Assembly: GCA_965649215.1 (NCBI GenBank)
Contig: CBFGJZ010000005.1
Location: 1 to 39,872, forward strand
Direction: 5' to 3'
From: a candidate division WOR-3 bacterium
GTDB lineage: Bacteria; Hydrothermota; Tepidihabitantia; Tepidihabitantales; CAIPLT01
Length of the DNA: 39,872 bases
A program made the translations under genes and the position numbers. Shown piece after piece: positions 19,228 through 29,428 of the stretch. Every line of letters begins with the position of its first letter. Within the stretch, counting starts at the first letter, position 1. Below the pieces are notes generated by a model that made no database searches, was not told the origin of the DNA, and was given only the letters and a program-made list of their open reading frames with translations.

Positions 19228-20639
19228 CCAATTCTAACTATCAAGTTATCATTGGTATGGAAATCCATGCTCAACTCAAAACAAAAACTAAAATGTTCTG
19301 TCGCTGTGCAGTCAGTTTTAAAGCATCGCCCAATAGTTGTGTTTGTCCAATCTGTTTAGGACTGCCTGGTACTTTACCCACGGTAAATGAACAAGCTGTC
19401 AATTTAGCCATTAAAGCGGCCCTAGCACTAAACTGTCAAATTAATTTACAAAGCACATTTGCTCGAAAACATTACTTCTATCCTGATTTACCAAAAGGAT
19501 ATCAGATTACTCAATACAAAGAACCTTTAGCCATCAACGGTTATTTAATAGTCGATGGTCAAAAAATCCGTATTCGCCGACTCCATTTAGAAGAAGACTC
19601 GGGTAAATCAATGCATCTTGGCAATGAATCGTTAGTTGATTTTAACCGCTGTGGGGTACCGCTAATTGAAATCGTCACTGAACCTGATATTACCAGTCCG
19701 CTTCAAGCAGTCCGCTATTTACAAGAATTGCGTCAAATCTTAAATTATCTTGATGTTTCTGATTGTGATATGGAAAAAGGACATTTCCGTTGTGAACCCA
19801 ATATTTCATTACGAAAGATTGGTGAAACCCAATTTGGTGTACGAACTGAATTAAAAAATCTAAATTCCTTACGTAATGTTCGTGAAGGTTTAGAATTTGA
19901 AATCAACCGCCAAACCCAATTATTAGCTGCAAACCAAACTGTTAATCAAGAAACCCTCTATTGGGATGAACATACCAAACAAGCAGGCCCAATGCGTAGC
20001 AAAGAAGAAAGCGAAGACTATCGCTATTTTCCTGAACCAGACCTCCCGGTTTTAATCATAACCGAAAGTCAAATTGAAAAGATCAAACACTCTCTGCCGA
20101 TGTTACCTCACGAACGAAAAAAGAAATTAATTGAACAATATCATTTAACACCGGCGTTAGCCGAAATCATAACTGAAAGTAAAGAACTAGCTGATTATTA
20201 TGAACAAGTCGTAAAACTTTGTAATCATCCTAAAATCATCGCTAATTGGATAACCACTGAAGTCAAAGCAGTACTTAATGAAAAAAATATTTCAATTCAA
20301 GAATTTCCAATCACCTCTGCCCAATTCGCCGAACTTATCAATTTGTTAGCGGATGAAAAAATCACTAGTAAAGCAGCAAAGGATATCTTTCAAATAATGC
20401 TTACCAGCGGTAAATCCGCACTCGCAATTGCCCAAAGCCAAAATCTCTTGATAGTTAAAGATTATGAAACATTAAACCAAATCATTGAGCAAGTCATTTC
20501 GGAAAATCCTGAAATTGTCGATAAATACCACAAAGGTAAAAATACTGTGCTCGGTTTCCTGGTTGGTTTAGTGATTAAAAAAACCCAGGGCCGATTTAAT
20601 CCCCAAGAGATAACCCAATTACTCAAAAGACGTTTATAA
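19224..20639 (+). CDS. gatB: Asp/Glu-tRNA amidotransferase subunit B
   Basis: GMEIHAQL, YPDLPKGYQI, HLEED, DYRYFPEPDL. Confidence 0.97.
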   Translation: MTNSNYQVIIGMEIHAQLKTKTKMFCRCAVSFKASPNSCVCPICLGLPGTLPTVNEQAVNLAIKAALALNCQINLQSTFARKHYFYPDLPKGYQITQYKEPLAINGYLIVDGQKIRIRRLHLEEDSGKSMHLGNESLVDFNRCGVPLIEIVTEPDITSPLQAVRYLQELRQILNYLDVSDCDMEKGHFRCEPNISLRKIGETQFGVRTELKNLNSLRNVREGLEFEINRQTQLLAANQTVNQETLYWDEHTKQAGPMRSKEESEDYRYFPEPDLPVLIITESQIEKIKHSLPMLPHERKKKLIEQYHLTPALAEIITESKELADYYEQVVKLCNHPKIIANWITTEVKAVLNEKNISIQEFPITSAQFAELINLLADEKITSKAAKDIFQIMLTSGKSALAIAQSQNLLIVKDYETLNQIIEQVISENPEIVDKYHKGKNTVLGFLVGLVIKKTQGRFNPQEITQLLKRRL

Positions 20640-20670
20640 CAATAAAACTAGTTCGTCTTACACTTAAATC

Positions 20671-20698
20671 TTGACAAAATCAAAATCATCTTTATAAT
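20671..20698 (+). promoter_or_regulatory. consensus sigma70 promoter upstream of the HEAT-repeat gene
   Basis: TTGACA, 16 nt, TATAAT. Confidence 0.7.
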
Positions 20699-20818
20699 TT
20701 ATCAGTTTGTGTTTATATTAACAGATATAACTAATTGAGTTATAATAATATATTTTCCCCTTTAATTTCAAATACTAAATAAAAAAATAATTTAATAAAA
20801 AAAATACAACAAAGCAAA

Positions 20819-22429
20819 ATGTTGCTTGAAGAGATTGAAAAAAACATACTGTCCGCTGAACCCCAACAAAAACTCCAAGCAATTCAACATTTAAAAAGAC
20901 TATCCGCAGAAGAACAAGTGCAATTACTTTTAACCCTTTTGGAACGTGAAAAAACTGGCACCCGTCAAGTCATCATTAATACCCTTTTAGAATTAGGGAA
21001 AAACATTTCTAACATTCTCATCAAACAACTAAAAAGCTGTTCTGATGAGGTACGGCCAGTAATCGTTGACGTCTTATCAGAAACCCTAAGTCAAACCGAT
21101 GCAATTATGGTTCTTAACTATCTGGCCGATGACAATCCTTTTGTCCGTGCCGCTGCGATTGAAATCTTAGGTCGTCTTAAAGACAATTGGTCTCTTTCTT
21201 ATCTGCGTAGTTTCTTAAAAGACCCAATTCCGATAGTTCGCATAAAATCAGCTCAAGCATTAGGTAATATGCAAGACAAACTTTCACTTGATGCTCTGCT
21301 CAATCTTTTAACGGATGACAATGTCGAAGTCAAAATTGCAGCGATTCAGGCGTTGGCTAAAATCAAAGAAGCGCGTGCCTGTGAAAGTCTTTGGCAAATC
21401 AGCCTCTCCGATCCTGATCTTAATGTTCGTAACAACGCTTTACACGCAATCAAAACCATTGGTGAACACTTAATCTCAGAACACTGGGAAGCACTTACTT
21501 CAGAAGACATCAATATCCGTAGTCAGATTATTCAAAAATTAACATCTTTTGGTCGTTGTGTTGTACTACCATTAATTGAATTAACTAAACATTATCTGAC
21601 CTCTGTACGAGAACTGGCCATAACCGTATTAGGTAATATTGGAGATGCGATTGCATTTCAGCGTCTAACCGAATTTATCTATGATTCAGAACCAAAAATA
21701 AAAATTGCGGCAATCAATGCAATAAGCAATATTCCAACTGAAATCGCCTTAAAATTCTTAATCAATCATCTCAAAGATCCTGACCCGTTGATTGTTGATA
21801 CGATTACAAATGCCCTATCTCGTCGTTCCGAAGATATAATTCGATTTCTACCATCAATCCTTAATGAACATGACCTCAACACTCAAATCATCGTGACCCG
21901 TTTGATTGGCAAAACTCAAAATCCCAATCTTATCAACCTCTTAGCAGAACATCTCAACTCATCACAAGTTTGGTTACGTCGAGCAACCTGTTTTGCTTTG
22001 GCTGAAACAAAACATCCCTTGGCCGCCAGTTTATTACAAGACCGCGCACTTTTTGACCCAGCAACGCTAGTTCGTACCGCAGCAGTATTAGGACTGGGCA
22101 AACTCAAAATGGACTTCACTTTACCAACCCTGCTCAGCGCTTTAGAAGATAGTGAAGAAAATGTAAAAATTGCTGCGATTAAAGCAATTGGCGAACTCCA
22201 AATTGAAAATACCGCAGTTCATATCTTGCCATTTTTAACGCATCCCTCGGTGATGCTCAAATTAGCGGCTATTGAAACCATTGCCAAACTGCGTTATATT
22301 GGTGCCATTCCCATCTTAAAAAAATTAGCCCGTCCTTGGCTTTTTAACAAGGAAAATGATGAGGTCCGAAAACAAGCCAAGCAAACCTTAAAACTTTTAC
22401 AACAAGAAACCAAATATAAACGTCCCTAA
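20819..22429 (+). CDS. HEAT-repeat (PBS-lyase-like) protein
   Basis: Recurrent L.D....VR..A..ALG units throughout; no signal peptide. Confidence 0.88.
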   Translation: MLLEEIEKNILSAEPQQKLQAIQHLKRLSAEEQVQLLLTLLEREKTGTRQVIINTLLELGKNISNILIKQLKSCSDEVRPVIVDVLSETLSQTDAIMVLNYLADDNPFVRAAAIEILGRLKDNWSLSYLRSFLKDPIPIVRIKSAQALGNMQDKLSLDALLNLLTDDNVEVKIAAIQALAKIKEARACESLWQISLSDPDLNVRNNALHAIKTIGEHLISEHWEALTSEDINIRSQIIQKLTSFGRCVVLPLIELTKHYLTSVRELAITVLGNIGDAIAFQRLTEFIYDSEPKIKIAAINAISNIPTEIALKFLINHLKDPDPLIVDTITNALSRRSEDIIRFLPSILNEHDLNTQIIVTRLIGKTQNPNLINLLAEHLNSSQVWLRRATCFALAETKHPLAASLLQDRALFDPATLVRTAAVLGLGKLKMDFTLPTLLSALEDSEENVKIAAIKAIGELQIENTAVHILPFLTHPSVMLKLAAIETIAKLRYIGAIPILKKLARPWLFNKENDEVRKQAKQTLKLLQQETKYKRP

Positions 22430-22430
22430 A

Positions 22431-23048
22431 TTATTTTAATAGGAGCCTTAATTTTTCTAACAGTTTTGTTATTGGCAAACCTACGACATTATAATAACAA
22501 CCATTGATTCTTTTTACAAATCTACCCGCTTGTCCCTGAATTCCATAACTACCAGCTTTATCAAATCCTTCTTGACTTTTAAGATATAAATTAATTTCCG
22601 ATAATGATAACTTTCGAAACCAAACATCAGTTTTATCCCATGCCCTCACCATTTGATTGTTTGGTTTTACTAAAAGACATAATCCTGAATAAACTGAATG
22701 TTTTCGACCACTCAATAATTTCAAAATGGCTAGCGCATCTTGGTAATTTTTGGGTTTTGTTAAAATCTTATCATCAATCACGACAATCGTATCAACGCCA
22801 ATAATCACCCCTTGGCTTACTTCATCTGCCACTGCATTAACTTTCATCTTCGCAACTGTTAAAACATATTGGATAGGGTTCATAATTGATAAATTTTCAT
22901 TAATCAACGGTACGATAGTTGTAAATGGTAAGTTTAACCTTTTTAATAACTCTTTTCTTCGTGGTGATTGGGATGCTAAATAAAGCGGTAACTTTTTTAT
23001 TTCAAGTTGTCGCTTTAATTCATTAATTGATATGATGGGCGTAGACAT
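22431..23048 (-). CDS. maf: Maf/YhdE nucleotide pyrophosphatase
   Basis: LASQSPRR, DTIV, DKAGSYGIQ, NVVGLP. Confidence 0.95.
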   Translation of the reverse strand: MSTPIISINELKRQLEIKKLPLYLASQSPRRKELLKRLNLPFTTIVPLINENLSIMNPIQYVLTVAKMKVNAVADEVSQGVIIGVDTIVVIDDKILTKPKNYQDALAILKLLSGRKHSVYSGLCLLVKPNNQMVRAWDKTDVWFRKLSLSEINLYLKSQEGFDKAGSYGIQGQAGRFVKRINGCYYNVVGLPITKLLEKLRLLLK

Positions 23049-23051
23049 TTA

Positions 23052-25262
23052 CTAAAATGGCAGAACAAAATTCAAAATATTTTTACTGAACGAGATGTCA
23101 GGAATCTTTTTAATGCGTACCTTAAAATCATACGCCCATTGTGCACCGAACTTATTAAAATCAAAAATCGCTTCCCAACAATGCAAATCTTTATAGATAG
23201 TTAGACTATAATTCGTAATCTTTTGCTTTTCCTTAAAATTAATGCCAGAATTAAAATCGAACCGCCAACCTTTAGGTATAACTGAGACGACTAAATTTAA
23301 CATATTTGACTGTAAAGTCAATACTACTTGATTTCGCGCATAAACCAAATTATGATTTAAACCCAATGTAAAAAATTGTTCGCTCCCTTGATTAGTATCA
23401 TTTTTTATGATTGTATAATTAAAACTAGTATTAAAACTCAAATCAGAAATCTTCAATGTAAAACGTCTATCATTAAAATACCTCATCACCATATTAAGAT
23501 TACTAACAAGGCTAATATTTTCAGTTCGGACCATATATAAATCGGAAAAAATTGATAAAGGGGCAAAGGTGCGATTTGTTAAGTTATAACTAGAATTTAA
23601 AGAAATAACTGCTAAATCTCTTTTTTCGTCATTCGCTTGCAACTTACCCTGCCAAAGATTACTCACCGTAAAACTCAGATCTGCCAGTTCACTTTTCTTA
23701 TCAAAACGGGGTAACACTAAAATACCGTAAGGTTCGGTTTTAGGTATCAAATTAAAACTCAAGCTTGGTGAAAGACGATGTAAAACATTTTCTAAACCGA
23801 GCCTATTCACAGTAAATAATCGAAACAAAGTCAGATTTGAATTAAAACTAAAACTATATTTTGCCTGACTACTATCCCGCTTAAAAAAACTCTGTTCAAA
23901 ACCAATTGCCTCGCTGAAATTTAAGGTTTGCCATACATTTTGAGTCGTGGCAAAACTACTACTCACATTAATTTGTTCTCTTATCTGAATTATACTATCC
24001 ACATACTCATCTTTTACTTGACGATAACTAACATTAAGCGGTAGATTAAAAACACCCAGCAATGTTTTGGGGTTGGAAAAATTAATTCGACCGCTTAAGA
24101 ATTCACTATTGTATAACCTTTTACGATTTCTCATCGAGGATGAATCAAAACTCTTAAAATTATGCTGATAATTAATACCACTGGCAAAACTCCAATTCTT
24201 CGTAAGCCCAATCCGTTGTAAACTAACGGATAAACTTGGTAATTTCCAATCCGTCATTGAATTTTCAAAATCCCGCTTGTGTTCAATAACTAAATTTGTA
24301 CGAAGCATTCGGGTTATATCCCGACTTAAAGAAACTTGCGAATAGATCTCTTTTTTAAGCCATTGCACTGGATTTTCGGCATAATCAGGCAGATAACTAT
24401 TATCACTTTGATAATCAATATAAGCATTCAGGTTTGAACCCAAGATAAACTCCGAACGATGTTTCATATTAATACTATATCGTTGCCGTTTAGTTTGAAG
24501 TTCCCGAATATACGATGCAAAAATTTGACCACTGGCAAATGGATTGACAATATAAATACCTTCGATTTTAGGTTGAAAACCCTTTTTTTCCATTACATCT
24601 AACATAAAAGTAATATCCGCATAATCATTTATCACTAAATAATAGGCAATACCTTTGGCATAACGTCCGTCGCTATTAGATTGCCCAAACTTAAATGGCA
24701 AAAGCCCCGATTTACGATACTTACTTATGGGGAAAAACCAAAATGGTGCGGCACCGATCGGGACTTTAAAAACTTTCAGCACTATCCCTTGCGCAATTGC
24801 GGTATTATCAAGCAAAACCCGTGCTCGGGGACTATAAAATAAATAATGTGGTGGTTCGTGTTCACAAGTTGTATAATAACCATCGCGAATATGCAAAACT
24901 TTTTCTTTAACTAACCACACTTCTCTCCCATTAACAAAACCATTTTCAACTGTGGTCTTACCATTAATCATATAACCTCGCTTTGTATCCAAATTATAAT
25001 GTAACTCATCGCCATTCACCTTATCTGATCCAGATATAAAAATCACATTCTTATAAGCACTTAACGACTTCTCATTTAAAAAATACAAAATCGAATCGGC
25101 ATTAATAATCACCTCGCGATACTGAACCTGTGCAGAATTAATAAGCAAAACCCGTTCTTCTTTTGGATAATAAATAATCCGTTCACTACTATAATTTACA
25201 ACCTTTCCTAAACTATCATTAACCGAAGTGGTAAATAATAAGACGGATAAGAAAATCAACAT
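23052..25262 (-). CDS. lptD: putative LPS assembly protein LptD
   Basis: OstA-like N-terminus, YTTC..PPHY, RKSGLLP, beta-barrel pattern, KDLHCWE. Confidence 0.8.
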   Translation of the reverse strand: MLIFLSVLLFTTSVNDSLGKVVNYSSERIIYYPKEERVLLINSAQVQYREVIINADSILYFLNEKSLSAYKNVIFISGSDKVNGDELHYNLDTKRGYMINGKTTVENGFVNGREVWLVKEKVLHIRDGYYTTCEHEPPHYLFYSPRARVLLDNTAIAQGIVLKVFKVPIGAAPFWFFPISKYRKSGLLPFKFGQSNSDGRYAKGIAYYLVINDYADITFMLDVMEKKGFQPKIEGIYIVNPFASGQIFASYIRELQTKRQRYSINMKHRSEFILGSNLNAYIDYQSDNSYLPDYAENPVQWLKKEIYSQVSLSRDITRMLRTNLVIEHKRDFENSMTDWKLPSLSVSLQRIGLTKNWSFASGINYQHNFKSFDSSSMRNRKRLYNSEFLSGRINFSNPKTLLGVFNLPLNVSYRQVKDEYVDSIIQIREQINVSSSFATTQNVWQTLNFSEAIGFEQSFFKRDSSQAKYSFSFNSNLTLFRLFTVNRLGLENVLHRLSPSLSFNLIPKTEPYGILVLPRFDKKSELADLSFTVSNLWQGKLQANDEKRDLAVISLNSSYNLTNRTFAPLSIFSDLYMVRTENISLVSNLNMVMRYFNDRRFTLKISDLSFNTSFNYTIIKNDTNQGSEQFFTLGLNHNLVYARNQVVLTLQSNMLNLVVSVIPKGWRFDFNSGINFKEKQKITNYSLTIYKDLHCWEAIFDFNKFGAQWAYDFKVRIKKIPDISFSKNILNFVLPF

Positions 25263-25264
25263 AA

Positions 25265-25948
25265 TCAAAACCTATCCCGTAACGGACATCCAAAACATTT
25301 TGGCACTTTTCGGCAAAAATCTTTACCAAGTCTTACTAACAAAGCATGATATTCTTTATATACCTTTATTGAATGGGGCAAATTATCAGTCATGAACTTT
25401 TGCAGTTCATCATAATGAATATTCGGCTTAATTAAAAGATGGCGGGAAAAAATCCGCTTGGTATAAGCATCAACAACAAAAATTGGCTTTGACAAAGCAT
25501 ATAACAATATTGAATCCGCAGTTTCCTTACCAATACCATAAATATTAAGCAGTTCATTACGAAGTTTTGCTAGTGGTTCTTTTTTCATTAAAGATATCTT
25601 ACCATTATATTTGCTAATTAAATATTTTACCAATGCCTTTAAAAATTTAGCTTTAGCACGATAAAAGCCTGCAGATTTTATTGTTATTGCCAATTGTCTT
25701 TCGGATAATGAATTAATCTTATGAATACTTAATAATCTCTTCTTTTTTAAGTTGGCAATTGCTTTTCTAACATTATCCCAACTGGTATTTTGGGTAAGCA
25801 CTGCACCAACCATTACTTCAAAACTACTTTGCGCAGGCCACCAGTATTGCCGACCATAATACTTGAATAAGAGATGATAAAAATCATAGACTTGACGAAC
25901 AGTACAGATACTAAAATCCTTCAATGGTTTCTGAACTTGATTCTTCAA
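25265..25948 (-). CDS. endonuclease III-like HhH-GPD DNA glycosylase (start uncertain)
   Basis: WWPA..FEVMVGAVLTQNTSW, GIGKETADSILLY, FVVDAYT, EYHALLV. Confidence 0.88.
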   Translation of the reverse strand: MKNQVQKPLKDFSICTVRQVYDFYHLLFKYYGRQYWWPAQSSFEVMVGAVLTQNTSWDNVRKAIANLKKKRLLSIHKINSLSERQLAITIKSAGFYRAKAKFLKALVKYLISKYNGKISLMKKEPLAKLRNELLNIYGIGKETADSILLYALSKPIFVVDAYTKRIFSRHLLIKPNIHYDELQKFMTDNLPHSIKVYKEYHALLVRLGKDFCRKVPKCFGCPLRDRF

Positions 25949-27992
25949 AATAATAAAGTGGAAGACCTTGCTTGTGATAATAACAGGGTTGCCTTATCTC
26001 TCTGCCCATAATAAAAATTTCTTCTCTGGTCTTCGGACACCGATCCGTTGCCAAATAACCTGTTTGATCACACACCCGGACCCAGACCATACTATCCGGT
26101 TGGGCAAAATTTGCTTGTGATAATACCGGACTGATGTTATTCATAAAATTTGCCCAGATTGGCGCACAAACACCGCCACCGGTTGCACCCCGATAAATTG
26201 TCTTTTTTTGATCATAACCAATCCAGACTCCGCAGGTTATGTCCGGTGTGAAACCAATAAACCAAACATCTGTATACTCGTCGGTTGTGCCGGTCTTACC
26301 TGCCGCCGGTAAGTTAAACCCCAAGCGTCGAATTGCATAAGCAGTCCCTTCATTAATAACACTAGTCATCATTTGTGTCACCGTATAAGCAACCTTTGGG
26401 TCTAATACTAATTCACTCTCAATATTATTCTCTTCCAACACTCTGCCGTCAGCATCAACAATTTTAGTAAAGAAAATTGGTTTGACCCGATAACCATTGC
26501 TCGCAAATACTGAAAATGCCCTGTTCATTTCTAAAAGACTCACTTCACACGAACCCAAAGCCAATGAAGGATAAGGCAATAAGCGAGATGAAATGCCCAT
26601 TTTTTGAGCCCGCTCAACGACAGCTTGGGGTGTTACTTTGGTAATCAACCGCACCGCAACAACATTGCGAGATAAGGCTAATGCCCTTCTTAATGTCATA
26701 TTGCCGAAATACTTGTGGTCAAAATTAGTTGGCGTATAAGGTTCAGGCATACCCGGTATATTGATTGTCAATGGTAAATCTTCTTCTAAATCTGCGGGTG
26801 TCATCCCTTGGGCAATCGCTTCGGCATAAACAAATGGCTTAAATGCCGAACCTGCCTGCCGTTTTGCTTGGATTGCCCGATTAAATTGACTCTGTTGAAA
26901 ATCTCTACCGCCAATCATTGCTTTAACATATCCGGTCTGGCTTTCCATAACTAACATTGCCCCTTGCAGATAATTTGGCTTTAATGTTGAATCCCGCATA
27001 ACTAAACTATCATACTGGGATTTATGAACGGGCAATTTATAGTCCTGCTCAATCTTTTTAATGCCATTTTCCAATGCCTGATTCGCACTTCTTTGCATAT
27101 CCAAATCCAAAGTTGAATAGATTACTGCTCCGCTCGTATAGATAAAATCTTCGCCATATTTATCCACCAGATACTTTCTGATTTCTTCAATAAAATACGG
27201 GGCTTCATTTTTCAAACTCATTTTTGGTCTGACGCCCAATGGTTTACTTATCGCTTCCTGATATTCTGTTTCTGAGATTTTATGATGTTTATAAAGCATA
27301 CGTAAAAACAGGTTTCTTCGTTTCAAAGCGGCTTGCGGATTTAGATAGGGTGAATATAAATGGGGTGCCTTGGGCAAGGATGCAATAAGGGCGCATTCGG
27401 CTAAATTCAAATCTTTGACACTTTTATTAAAATAGGCTTGGGCTGCGGCTTCGACACCATACATTCCATGCCCAAAATAAACCATATTCAGATACAATTC
27501 TAATATCTCATCTTTTGAATAGGTGCGCTCTAACTCAAAAGCCAAAAGCATTTCTTTAAACTTTCGAGCCAAACTCTTTTCCAAATTCAAAAACATTGTC
27601 CGTGCCAATTGCTGGGTAATCGTGCTTGCACCCTGGGCACGCAAACGGAAAGATGTCAAATTATAGAAAGCAGCGCCAAAGATCCGAATCAAATCAATGC
27701 CATGATGCTTATAAAACCGCTTGTCTTCCACAATTATTAAGGCATCTTTCAAATGTTGAGGAATCTGAGATAACGGGACCACTGTTCTGCGCTCGTGCGA
27801 AAACTCGTATACATAACGGCCCTGACAATCAAGAATTTTGGTCGATGCGCGGACTTGATAATTTTTAATTGTTTCCGGCGATGGCAGTCCCACACTTAAA
27901 CGCATAACTGCCGCAAAAATAACCCCGGCCAAAAATGCTCCGAGAATTAAAACAATCTTAATGAAAAATCGAAATTTACTTCCCTTACCCAT
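25911..27992 (-). CDS. class A penicillin-binding protein (PBP1A family)
   Basis: EDKRFY.H.G, GASTITQQL, RKFKE, GSAFK, SRN, KTG; ATG 27992 or TTG 28001. Confidence 0.95.
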   Translation of the reverse strand: MGKGSKFRFFIKIVLILGAFLAGVIFAAVMRLSVGLPSPETIKNYQVRASTKILDCQGRYVYEFSHERRTVVPLSQIPQHLKDALIIVEDKRFYKHHGIDLIRIFGAAFYNLTSFRLRAQGASTITQQLARTMFLNLEKSLARKFKEMLLAFELERTYSKDEILELYLNMVYFGHGMYGVEAAAQAYFNKSVKDLNLAECALIASLPKAPHLYSPYLNPQAALKRRNLFLRMLYKHHKISETEYQEAISKPLGVRPKMSLKNEAPYFIEEIRKYLVDKYGEDFIYTSGAVIYSTLDLDMQRSANQALENGIKKIEQDYKLPVHKSQYDSLVMRDSTLKPNYLQGAMLVMESQTGYVKAMIGGRDFQQSQFNRAIQAKRQAGSAFKPFVYAEAIAQGMTPADLEEDLPLTINIPGMPEPYTPTNFDHKYFGNMTLRRALALSRNVVAVRLITKVTPQAVVERAQKMGISSRLLPYPSLALGSCEVSLLEMNRAFSVFASNGYRVKPIFFTKIVDADGRVLEENNIESELVLDPKVAYTVTQMMTSVINEGTAYAIRRLGFNLPAAGKTGTTDEYTDVWFIGFTPDITCGVWIGYDQKKTIYRGATGGGVCAPIWANFMNNISPVLSQANFAQPDSMVWVRVCDQTGYLATDRCPKTREEIFIMGREIRQPCYYHKQGLPLYYFEESSSETIEGF

Positions 27993-28096
27993 AATTATCA
28001 ATAAACCAGTATCATATCTTTATAAAGTTGGTAATGACATCTTTCTGTTTGTCTTAAGTATATCTTGTTACAATTAAACATTTATAACTTTAGTAT

Positions 28097-29392
28097 TTAG
28101 GGTGTTAGTCGATAGCGATCGCGAGGAAACAGACACGCTTCCCGAATATTTTTCAAATTCAGAATTTGTTGAGTTAATCTCTCGGTGCCGATTGCCAAGC
28201 CACCATGCGGTGGCATTCCATAACGAAAGATTTCCAAATAAAACTCAAAGTCAGCAGGATTTAAACCAAATTTTATCATATTATTAACTAACATCTCAAA
28301 ATTATTAATTCTTTGGCTACCAGTGGTCACTTCCAAACCCTTATACAATAAATCAAAACCCCGTGTCAATCCGTCTTCTGCGGGCATTGTATAAAATGGA
28401 CGACCGCTAGCTGGATAATGGGTAATATAGATAAAATCTGAATCAAACTCTTTTTTCGCATATTCACAGATTAACCGTTCACCTTCTGGATCTAAATCGC
28501 TTTCGCTCTCCATTTTTTTATGATATTTATCTTTCAGAATCTTAATTGCCTCTTTTAATCGTAACTGGGGAATGGTTTTAATCTCCGGCAGTTCCACATT
28601 GTTAATTTTTAATTCCGAGGCACAGTTCTTGCGTAATTCTTCAAATAAATACTTGATAAACCTTATTTCGGTATTAATCACATCTTGTTCAGATTCTATA
28701 AAACCCATTTCAAAATCAAGACTTAAATATTCATTAATATGGCGTGAAGTCGCATGATCTTCAGCTCGATAAACAAATCCAATTTCAAAAACCCGCTCAT
28801 AGCCAGCACCAACCAACATTTGTTTATAAAATTGCGGACTTTGCGCTAAATATGCCTTCTGTTCAAAATAATCAATTTTAAAAAGATTAGTTCCACCTTC
28901 TGTGCCAGCAGAAATAATTTTGGATGTATGAACCTCTAAAAAACCTTCTTTACGCATAAAATCAGCAAATGCTCGGACAATTTCCGCTTGCACTCTAAAA
29001 ATACTGGCTAATTCCAGATTGCGTAAACTAAATGGTCGATGATCAAGAATCGTATCTAATTTGACATTGGTGAGTTCGCTTGAGCGGTTAACTTCAAATG
29101 GTAATGGCGATTGTGCGCGTTCAATAATCTCAATCTTTGAGACTTCAACTTCAACTCCATTGGGCGCCTGGCTTTCCGCTTTAACCTTGCCATAGATCGT
29201 AACCACACTTTCTTTGGTAAGTTCATCAATCTTGATATTCGGGTCTAAAATAATTGTCTGCACCAATCCGCTTCGGTCACGCAGAATAACAAACTTAATT
29301 TTGCCAACCAGTCGGATCTGATAGACCCATCCTTGAAGCATAATCTCTTCGCCGATATGATTCTTAACATCAAGTGCTAATGTTCTTTGCAT
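28097..29392 (-). CDS. aspS: archaeal-type (short) aspartyl-tRNA synthetase, probably non-discriminating
   Basis: 431 aa, no GAD insert; EGGTNLF, YLAQSPQFYKQ, GMPPHGG, LFPRD; start moved to ATG 29392. Confidence 0.9.
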   Translation of the reverse strand: MQRTLALDVKNHIGEEIMLQGWVYQIRLVGKIKFVILRDRSGLVQTIILDPNIKIDELTKESVVTIYGKVKAESQAPNGVEVEVSKIEIIERAQSPLPFEVNRSSELTNVKLDTILDHRPFSLRNLELASIFRVQAEIVRAFADFMRKEGFLEVHTSKIISAGTEGGTNLFKIDYFEQKAYLAQSPQFYKQMLVGAGYERVFEIGFVYRAEDHATSRHINEYLSLDFEMGFIESEQDVINTEIRFIKYLFEELRKNCASELKINNVELPEIKTIPQLRLKEAIKILKDKYHKKMESESDLDPEGERLICEYAKKEFDSDFIYITHYPASGRPFYTMPAEDGLTRGFDLLYKGLEVTTGSQRINNFEMLVNNMIKFGLNPADFEFYLEIFRYGMPPHGGLAIGTERLTQQILNLKNIREACLFPRDRYRLTP

Positions 29393-29399
29393 ATTAAAA

Positions 29400-29428
29400 A
29401 TCATAACCAAAAACCACTTAAAAGTCAA
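29400..29428 (-). promoter_or_regulatory. promoter of aspS
   Basis: TTGACT, 17 nt, TATGAT, 7 nt, ATG. Confidence 0.7.

Noticed and set aside
25256..25267. Selenocysteine read-through (TGA TTA TGT TGA) supplying the missing Fe-S ligand
   Set aside because: Spacing wrong for the motif, overlaps the lptD start, no SECIS-like hairpin seen
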